Below are positions 31,317 through 64,000 of a DNA stretch of 64,000 nt, piece by piece. Positions within the stretch are counted from its first letter, which is position 1; each line of letters starts with the position of its first letter. The translations under genes and the position numbers were made by a program. Origin of the DNA: Chrysomallon squamiferum (Eukaryota > Animalia > Mollusca); NCBI GenBank assembly GCA_012295275.1, contig CM022669.1:2418001-2482000 (forward strand), in the 5' to 3' direction. Below the pieces are notes generated by a model, which was not told the origin of the DNA, did no database searches, and worked only from the letters and a program-made list of their open reading frames with translations.

Positions 31317-33434
31317 ACTGTGTGTATAACTCTGAAAAGTATTTTAAGCAGTAATGATCTATTGCTGAGGAGAGAAAAACTGTCAGAAGCAGACATAGAT
31401 AATATCGCTGTTATGTAATGTGTATATATAATTCATTTCTAACTAAACTGTTTTACCAAGATACGTGTTGTCGTTAACTATTTAGTACTGGACTTTAAGA
31501 CCGTGCTTCTGTTTTGAAGGTGTTAAATACCGTATTGGATCTGGTAGTGGCACTGGGGCTGTGGAAATGAGGATAAACAATAAATGGGGACCTGTCTGTG
31601 ATCTACTGAAACGTCCTCAGAATGCTATTGTGGCATGCAGATCGGCAGGTTATAAAAGCGGAATTCAAATTCTCTCAACGCCATACCTTAAACCTTTCCA
31701 AGGAGACTCCAAGATGCTTTTCTACTATCTCTTCTGCATTGGCAACGAAACTTCACTTTCTGAATGCATCAACGACGGCTTCAACAGAGTCTATAAAACA
31801 AAAACGTACAACAGCCGTTGCCAAACAAAAGATCTGATGACAGTACAGTGTTTTCACACAGATATAGGTAACAGTAGTGTAAATCTAAATCTACGTCTCT
31901 GTAATTTCCGAATGCAATATCGGTATTTCACTATTTACTAGTGCGCACAAATATCTAATATTTGTAACATGTCATTAATCTTTCCTAAAATTAAACGCTT
32001 ACAGTATCAAACATAATTACTGAAACTTTCCATTTTAGTTCGCCATTTAATATTTGTAATAAATTAATAAATTACAGAAATGTAAACAGCATAAGTAAGT
32101 AAATAAATAAATACAAATCTTTAACTTTGCTTATAACTTACTCAGTCTGTCAGGGGTTTTGACAATAACTTAGAAGAATACACAAATTAAGTTAGAGCTT
32201 AGAGACTAAATTGTTAGCTCAATGAACGTTATTTTCAGCAATCACGAAGATAAGACTTATGGACGGAGGAACACCAAACCAGGGTAGAGTTGAAGTGTTT
32301 GTGCAAGGACCAAACTTATGGGGCACAGTTTGTGACGACGCATGGGACGAGGTTGATGCCAAAGTCGTCTGCAAACAACTTGGCTATCCAAATGGAGGTA
32401 AGCCCGTCTCGAGAGCTTTCTTCTTTCCCGGGACCGGGCCCATCTGGCTCGATGACGTCAACTGTCTGGGCAATGAAACCAGCCTGAATCAGTGTCCACA
32501 TGCAGGCTTAAAAAAGAACAACTGTTACCACAGCGAAGACGCCGGTGTTATTTGTGAAGGTATATTTTAAAATTTACTTCGTTTCTGTAGCATTTCCCAA
32601 AAGAATTGTTTGAACTATTAAATTTCTAGATAGTTCACAAAAAAAAAGAGAAAAAACCCCCAAAAGAAAAAAACAACAACGAAATATATATATATCGTGC
32701 ACACTATTTGTATAAGATGTATAATGAAATATAAATGGAATTCATATTTTGACTTAGATCCTATTCTCCTTATAGTTTTCCAAAATCAGAAAAATGTCCA
32801 AGCATTTAGGATAAAGGATTTTCAACCTGTAATAATAATAAAAATAACAACAACAACAACAGTATCGAATAAAATACTAAATTTCATATAAATTTAAAAT
32901 GTCTTTGTTGTATATATATATATATATATATACGATAATTACATTTCAGGTAAGAAACAAGCAACAACAGTGCCTACAACAACAGAATCGATTACTCCAA
33001 AACCACAGCCTGTCACACCCAAACCTGGAACTAGCCCTTCAAAACCTACTACAACACAATCGACACAGTCTAGTGCTACTGGAAAAACTGGGATGTCTAA
33101 AGGTTCCGTTGATGAAAGTGTTTTGATCCCTTCCATCGTCATCCCAATTGTTCTTCTTCTGCTCATTGTGGCTGTAGTTCTCATCCTCTGGCGCCGACGC
33201 GCAGTCAAATTTGACGACACCAGCAGTTTAGTAAGCAGCACCAGCAGTCGGTCCACATCTACGGGGGCGGTGGTCATAAACAAAGAATCTGTAGCATATT
33301 CTCCTGAAGTGCGTGTCGCTGAGGACGACAACGCGTTCACCAATCCCATGTACGATAACGTCATTGATGAAATAAAATTTGAGAGCGGGACAATTGATAT
33401 AACTCCCACTACTGCGGAAGAACATCAGTTTTGA
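1856..33434 (+). CDS. 32-exon gene for a type-I membrane receptor with 26 SRCR domains (DMBT1/CD163-like SRCR superfamily), about 2985 aa
   Basis: 32 exons joined at GT-AG sites with matching phases; summed length 8958 nt is a multiple of 3 with no internal stop. SRCR motifs repeat (G-x-V-C-D-x-x-W...A-x-V-x-C-x-x-L-G...C-x-G-x-E...A-G-V-x-C). Signal peptide at the start; TM and tail at the end. Confidence 0.92.
2588..2670. repeat. (GA)n microsatellite
   Basis: Directly visible. Confidence 0.96.
6870..7445. repeat. TG-rich compound microsatellite
   Basis: (TG)n, (TA)n and GTTAGTGTGT motifs. Confidence 0.9.
11025..11109. repeat. direct duplication of TAAATCAACAAAGTCAAGATATTTTATTG
   Basis: Two identical 29-mers starting at 11025 and 11081. 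Confidence 0.9.
11529..11695 (+). CDS. exon 2, SRCR D1 N-half
   Basis: ttacag acceptor; [18 protein letters not shown]...[18 protein letters not shown]...GSAKK; phase 0 donor. Confidence 0.92.
12904..13060 (+). CDS. exon 3, SRCR D1 C-half
   Basis: [22 protein letters not shown]...[12 protein letters not shown]; phase 0 to 1. Confidence 0.92.
13095..13262. repeat. (TACA)n microsatellite
   Basis: Directly visible; similar tracts at about 14185-14290, 23640-23770 and 34900-34980. Confidence 0.95.
13720..14061 (+). CDS. exon 4, SRCR D2 (type A, CC)
   Basis: 342 nt, phase 1-1; [30 protein letters not shown]. Confidence 0.92.
14462..14785 (+). CDS. exon 5, SRCR D3 (type B)
   Basis: 324 nt, phase 1-1; [18 protein letters not shown]...NRVLCY. 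Confidence 0.92.
15026..15346 (+). CDS. exon 6, SRCR D4 (type C)
   Basis: 321 nt, phase 1-1; [17 protein letters not shown]...HNNDASVVC. Confidence 0.93.
15594..15908 (+). CDS. exon 7, SRCR D5 (type A)
   Basis: 315 nt, phase 1-1; VRLING...EYAAVGC. Confidence 0.92.
16563..16871 (+). CDS. exon 8, SRCR D6 (type B)
   Basis: 309 nt, phase 1-1; [17 protein letters not shown]...AAGVLCY. Confidence 0.92.
17318..17468 (+). CDS. exon 9, SRCR D7 N-half (type C)
   Basis: [15 protein letters not shown]...[16 protein letters not shown]; phase 2 donor AG|GTATTT. Confidence 0.9.
18340..18491 (+). CDS. exon 10, SRCR D7 C-half
   Basis: Phase 2 to 1; [17 protein letters not shown]...EVKCY. Confidence 0.9.
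18809..19126 (+). CDS. exon 11, SRCR D8 (type A)
   Basis: 318 nt, phase 1-1; VRLMRG...WYPVCNDGF. Confidence 0.92.
19415..19726 (+). CDS. exon 12, SRCR D9 (type B)
   Basis: 312 nt, phase 1-1; an in-frame alternative donor after 19717 is also possible. Confidence 0.88.
20111..20434 (+). CDS. exon 13, SRCR D10 (type C)
   Basis: 324 nt, phase 1-1; [17 protein letters not shown]...HTYDAGVIC. Confidence 0.93.
20815..21129 (+). CDS. exon 14, SRCR D11 (type A, CC)
   Basis: 315 nt, phase 1-1; [10 protein letters not shown]...QYASVLC. Confidence 0.92.
21375..21683 (+). CDS. exon 15, SRCR D12 (type B)
   Basis: 309 nt, phase 1-1; WGYICPDNF...AAAVVCY. Confidence 0.92.
21964..22281 (+). CDS. exon 16, SRCR D13 (type C)
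   Basis: 318 nt, phase 1-1; [19 protein letters not shown]...ARVKC. Confidence 0.9.
22632..22943 (+). CDS. exon 17, SRCR D14 (type A, CC)
   Basis: 312 nt, phase 1-1; [10 protein letters not shown]. Confidence 0.92.
23252..23569 (+). CDS. exon 18, SRCR D15 (type B)
   Basis: 318 nt, phase 1-1; [17 protein letters not shown]...AAGVLCY. Confidence 0.92.
24136..24450 (+). CDS. exon 19, SRCR D16 (type C)
   Basis: 315 nt, phase 1-1; [32 protein letters not shown]. Confidence 0.92.
24777..24878 (+). CDS. exon 20, SRCR D17 N-part (type A); missing from the ORF track
   Basis: [33 protein letters not shown]; donor C|GTATGT, phase 1. Confidence 0.88.
25259..25465 (+). CDS. exon 21, SRCR D17 C-part (CC)
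   Basis: [21 protein letters not shown]...AAVAC; 207 nt. Confidence 0.88.
26003..26326 (+). CDS. exon 22, SRCR D18 (type B)
   Basis: 324 nt, phase 1-1; [17 protein letters not shown]...SAGLLCF. Confidence 0.93.
26690..26815 (-). mobile_element. SINE-like 3' fragment
   Basis: Reverse complement resembles the 3' part of 40205-40470 (...CTCTCTT...AATGTTTTGA); abuts an (AAT)n tail. Confidence 0.4.
27121..27444 (+). CDS. exon 23, SRCR D19 (type C)
   Basis: 324 nt, phase 1-1; GTICDKTF...HFADAAVSC. Confidence 0.92.
27682..28023 (+). CDS. exon 24, SRCR D20 (type A, CC)
   Basis: 342 nt, phase 1-1; [10 protein letters not shown]...QYASVAC. Confidence 0.92.
28382..28705 (+). CDS. exon 25, SRCR D21 (type B)
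   Basis: 324 nt, phase 1-1; [17 protein letters not shown]. Confidence 0.91.
28842..29183 (+). CDS. exon 26, SRCR D22 (type C)
   Basis: 342 nt, phase 1-1; [20 protein letters not shown]...HADDASVYC. Confidence 0.93.
29562..29668 (+). CDS. exon 27, SRCR D23 N-part (type A)
   Basis: [16 protein letters not shown]...[15 protein letters not shown]; donor CAG|GTACAT, phase 0. Confidence 0.9.
29716..29900. repeat. 87-bp tandem duplication within a decayed GTTATTAAA minisatellite
   Basis: Two identical 87-nt units; the ORF repeats [29 protein letters not shown]. Confidence 0.92.
30338..30545 (+). CDS. exon 28, SRCR D23 C-part; correct frame missing from the ORF track
   Basis: [11 protein letters not shown]...[13 protein letters not shown]...KYAGVIC; phase 0 to 1. 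Confidence 0.9.
30869..31228 (+). CDS. exon 29, SRCR D24 (type B)
   Basis: 360 nt, phase 1-1; GSVCMKGF...RAGVLCY. Confidence 0.92.
31520..31867 (+). CDS. exon 30, SRCR D25 (type C)
   Basis: 348 nt, phase 1-1; WGPVCDLL...MTVQC. Confidence 0.91.
32239..32559 (+). CDS. exon 31, SRCR D26 (canonical, membrane-proximal)
   Basis: 321 nt; [16 protein letters not shown]...[10 protein letters not shown]...[14 protein letters not shown]...[11 protein letters not shown]. Confidence 0.95.
32950..33434 (+). CDS. exon 32: T/P/S-rich stalk, TM helix, cytoplasmic tail, stop
   Basis: [24 protein letters not shown] followed by RRR stop-transfer; tail contains FTNPMY; TGA at 33432-33434. Confidence 0.92.
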
Positions 33435-33497
33435 TCAGTTAAAAACAACTAGAGTCTTGACAGTCTAGTATGGACTTCACTATAGCTGGATCTGTAC

Positions 33498-33565
<68 letters not shown>

Positions 33566-33883
33566 TAATAAATTACAATTTAAAATATAAAATAAAACAC
33601 AAAAACCTTTCTATAATTCTGTTTTTCAATATGTAACGGTTATATATGAATGATTTACAAACGTTTTCAAGAGTACATGACTTTTTTCATAGGTTTTAAA
33701 AATTTAATTTTACAAGATATAGTTAAACATTTTGGTATTTATTAGTTAAAAATTTGTTAAGAGTTTTATCTTTTGTTTGGAATAGAGTGTCAAACAGAAA
33801 CAAAGGTACTACTACAGAGTGAAAATAGCACATTCATTCATTTTGACACTAGAAAACAAAAACCGCATCTGTCAGAACCATCA

Positions 33884-33896
33884 TTACTACTACCAA

Positions 33897-33928
<32 letters not shown>

Positions 33929-33929
33929 T

Positions 33930-33982
<53 letters not shown>

Positions 33983-34200
33983 TTGTTACTATTACTAGTA
34001 CTACTTCTACTACAAGTAATAATTCTAATACTATTAGTACAAAACTAGTATCTACTAATTATCTACCAGTATTATTATCACTACTATTACTGCTAGTACT
34101 AACATTATTACAACTATAAACTGCTAATGCTACTTCTACCACTGTTACTACAACAATAACAAATACAGCAATTACTGCTATTACCATACCTGTTACGACA
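33884..34200. repeat. (CTA)n microsatellite with decayed flank
   Basis: Directly visible. Confidence 0.9.
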
Positions 34201-34929
34201 TAGTTACAGAAGAAAAAATATTTTTATTCGGAAATGCCTATAAATATTGTTACTAATTATTTTATTTAGTTCGTTATTTAAATTTGTTTTCTTACCATAT
34301 GTGGTGGAAAAAAATTATATATACATTAGCAGTTTATATTTATTTATATTAGTTATTTGATAATTTAATTTAATTTAATTTAATTTAATTTTTTCTTTAT
34401 TTTTATTAATTTTTTTTTTTTTAATTATTATTTCATTTTATTAATTCAAGCTGCTTTTGTTTTTAATTTTTCATTAGTACAGTTATAGATTTATCATTTA
34501 CCTGTACGTTTTTTTATTTTCATTCTCACTTTACACACGTTACACAGTTCAGACACAGACAGGTGATGCCTGCTTGTCGGCAGACTGGCTGTGCGTATCC
34601 GTGTGTGCGCTTTGAAAACCTGCCTTACACTAACAACAGATATAAACATAAATGAATGTCTGTGATGTCATGATACACAACTGTGAAACAGACATATTAC
34701 AGTAATACATAATTTTGTATCCGTTATTTTATTGTGTAACCGTGATATTCTACAAACCATGTTTCCGTGATCTTATGTATGTTCCGTACCGTGATGTTAC
34801 AGATACTCTGTATCCATGTTGTTATTTATACTGCATAACTGTTATATTGCAAATACTGTGTAACAGTGATGTTACAGATGATGGGTAGCTATATGTATAC
34901 ATACACACATACATACATACATACATACA

Positions 34930-34963
<34 letters not shown>

Positions 34964-35622
34964 CATACACACATACATATATAGATGTTACAGGAAATAT
35001 GTATAATTCCAGAACATTTCAGAAAATATCATCTTTTGACTGCAGTCGATGGAGAATTTCAAGATGGAGGTTTGATGATAAAAAAATTCGGGAATTATAA
35101 ATATTTCCTGCTAAAACATATTTTCTGTAAAATATATACTGTGTACCCGTGACCTTAAAGTAACACCCAGCGTATAAAACTGTTCTCTTAGTTAATGGTA
35201 TAAACACATTATAAGTAGATAATCGAGATGATATACTTAATTTTATATTAATAATATTTTAGTATTAATGATGATAATATATATTTTTGCTTACAAATGA
35301 CAAATTAATCTACTCGAAACCATTGTTTCTTTAATATATTTGTTTTTACTTATACATGAAATAAACAGAGCTTGAATTTAATAATTTTTGTTTTCTGTAT
35401 ATTTTATTCAGTGGTTTACTTTTGTAATTTAGGAAATATTTCACTTTGATACTCAATGAAAACCAATAAAAGAAAGAAGCAAAGATTTAACTCGGACAGG
35501 CATACAAAGGAAAAGGCGGAATTTGGATATGACAACCATTTCAAAGATAATTATATATGTGCAGAATGATAATCTATATCCAGTCGAGGGATGCCTGTGT
35601 AGATTTTAGTCTAGTGAAATTC

Positions 35623-35657
<35 letters not shown>

Positions 35658-35766
35658 TTTGGGCACCCACATATAGAAATCACAATTTTATCGCCATTTA
35701 AATTAAATAATTAAAAGTTAAAAAGCGTGTGTGTTTACTAGCACACTCACACCTACACACACACAC

Positions 35767-35826
<60 letters not shown>

Positions 35827-36539
35827 CTCTGTCATTCACACTGAAGTTGTGTACAAGCCTGTGAAGTCCCAGTTTACATGGGAACTGTTTCACTGCATGC
35901 TCTTCATGTCAGTATCAGTATGGTTACAAAATATCAATCCTAATTAAACTAAGGCGCTAATTTCATTGCTTGGTCTGAGCGGACCCCAGCTGTCACGAGT
36001 GTGAGTAGACTGAACATTACAAGTTATAAATACATGATTAAAGTTGATATAGTTGCTTGCTGTTAGACAGATATAAACACAAACACACAGATAGATGGAT
36101 AGATACATTCATACATACATACAAACATACAGATACACACACACACACATACATACACACATCTAATGATACCTTAATTCTGGTAGACCAACAATATAAA
36201 ATGAAAACGTTGTTTGGTTGTGTAAATATTAAAAAGTTATGTTATAATTTATCCTCATCATCATCACTATCCTCATCATCAATATTATGCCGAATAACAT
36301 TTCTTATTAAGAAACAAAACCAAAGTATTCGATTGTCATAAAGCTTGAAAGAAAAAGGTTCAAGTTGTTTTACACTTGGGTAACGGTTTCAGAATCTGTC
36401 CAGCAGTATCTCTGACCCTCAAAACACAGCAGTGAGATCACCAAAGTTACAAGTAACTGATAAGAAAATGAAAATTTTGTGAAATGGTAATTTGAGCGAG
36501 AAGCGAAAATTGTTCGAAAAGTTCGCCATTTTCTTCATC

Positions 36540-37110
36540 AAACGACCACGTCATCAACAAGTGTCTGTACGTCTGATGTCTGGTGACGTTACGGAGAAAA
36601 CTGCTAATTCCATCGCATGCCGCGAGGAGTAACAGGAAATTAGTTGAGGCGTTTCGCTGGATCCGTGCAGTTTTGGCGACCCTCTAACCAGCTGAAAAAA
36701 ATTAACAATAATATATCATCTCATGTTTGTAGATTCGGCGTAGAAAACCTTTTTCATTAAATCGGTCAGTTATGCGAGCTTGCCGAACTTTGGAAAAATT
36801 AATCAAAAGAATCCACTTCGATTTCTTACAGCGTCTTATAGAGCAGTCGCCCCTTTCACAAGAAAAGTCAATAACGTTTGGTAGTCGCGCCATCCACACA
36901 AACTGATCAGATGTTTATTTCCGGCTGGCAACAAAATGACGGCGCGCGCCGTACTTGGATGTAGAGCGAGAGGCGCGCGAGATCGCGCACACATCAGTGT
37001 GACAGTTGTCAAGGGAGCCGTGCTGTGAACCGGCTTCATGCGGGCAAAAAGGAATCAGTTCTTCTAGAGTGCTGAAAATGACTTCACTGTCAATATCGAC
37101 TTGTCGCCAA
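36540..37110 (+). promoter_or_regulatory. putative promoter/TSS region of the Ig gene
   Basis: Local GC/CpG-rich island in AT-rich DNA; 14-bp palindrome ACGGCGCGCGCCGT at 36939-36952; Inr-like TCAGT at 36994 and about 37055. Confidence 0.5.
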
Positions 37111-37294
37111 AACAAATAACTTTCTTTTGTGTATTTTCCTATTTCCTCAACTTTACGTTCAATCGAAGGTAGACGTTGATCTGTGACACGAGGTGATGGT
37201 ATTTTTCACGTTTATTTGTTTGACTGCGATGAAAATATCGCTAAAGTTCTAGTGTGGGAACATTTAAACTGAATCAAACATCGTGTTTACGAAA

Positions 37295-63529
<26,235 letters not shown>

Positions 63530-64000
63530 GTTAGTGTTTTTCGATGATTTTTTCAGTGAAACATTCAAAACTGATTATATCCCTTCTTATTCACTAATTC
63601 GCCATTTTCTTGGTACACAAATTTTCACACTTCTATAAACTCATAAAAGCCTTCTAGACGCTTTGATTGTCGGCATGTTTTTGTTTTATTTTATAGCTTT
63701 GTCCCTTTGATTTCAGAAAAGGGGGTGTAATTTTAAAGAACTGTTTAGGTTCTATTTAATCCAATAAAATATATTAAAAAAAAATTATACAATGTATTGA
63801 AGGGCGTAAAACTGTAAACGAGAATAACTTTTAATTAATTAATTTAGCAGAGCGTAATAGAATATGTAATAGCAGTAACTCAAATAGATCTGGGAATATT
63901 TGTAGACTATTTGGTATGTATTTTCGTTTGAAATTAATATAATATGCAACATAATTGTTATTTTACAACAGTTCCGCCGGAAGTTCGTCTACCGAACAAA

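Noticed and set aside
11529-32559. Cluster of many separate small SRCR genes, or a Dscam-like mutually exclusive exon array
   Set aside because: There is one signal exon and one TM exon, and all exons join in frame. Neighbouring exons belong to different classes, and introns are long enough for normal splicing.
32939-33409. 156-aa antisense ORF
   Set aside because: Shadow of the TM exon; no independent features.
1856-33434. Naming the gene DMBT1 or CD163
   Set aside because: No CUB/ZP domains or SID spacers, and 6-Cys cores; orthology cannot be supported.
33567-35365. Specific polyadenylation site of the SRCR gene
   Set aside because: Several AATAAA hexamers (33567, 33591, 35360) in very AT-rich DNA; cannot choose one without transcript data.

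Overview
Eukaryotic, AT-rich, microsatellite-dense animal genomic DNA with GT-AG introns; an invertebrate, probably a mollusc (inference). Most ORFs in the track are artefacts of simple repeats. I reconstructed two + strand genes by hand, and every splice phase is consistent. (1) A complete 32-exon gene (CDS 1856-33434, 8958 nt, about 2985 aa) encoding a giant type-I membrane receptor: signal peptide, 26 tandem SRCR domains, Thr/Pro/Ser-rich stalk, one TM helix and a cytoplasmic tail with an FxNPxY motif. The domains are not a simple array. Two canonical SRCRs (D1, D26) bracket eight repeats of a three-domain A-B-C super-repeat, and five of the eight A domains carry an extra vicinal Cys-Cys. 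(2) The 5' part of a DIP/lachesin/IgLON-family Ig adhesion gene (about 37295 to beyond the window end), with an uncertain signal-peptide exon structure. Also present: a hAT MITE with perfect TIRs and 8-bp TSD, an internally deleted Tc1/mariner relic, decayed tRNA-derived SINE-like copies, and many micro/minisatellites. No database searches were run; family names come from motif recognition.
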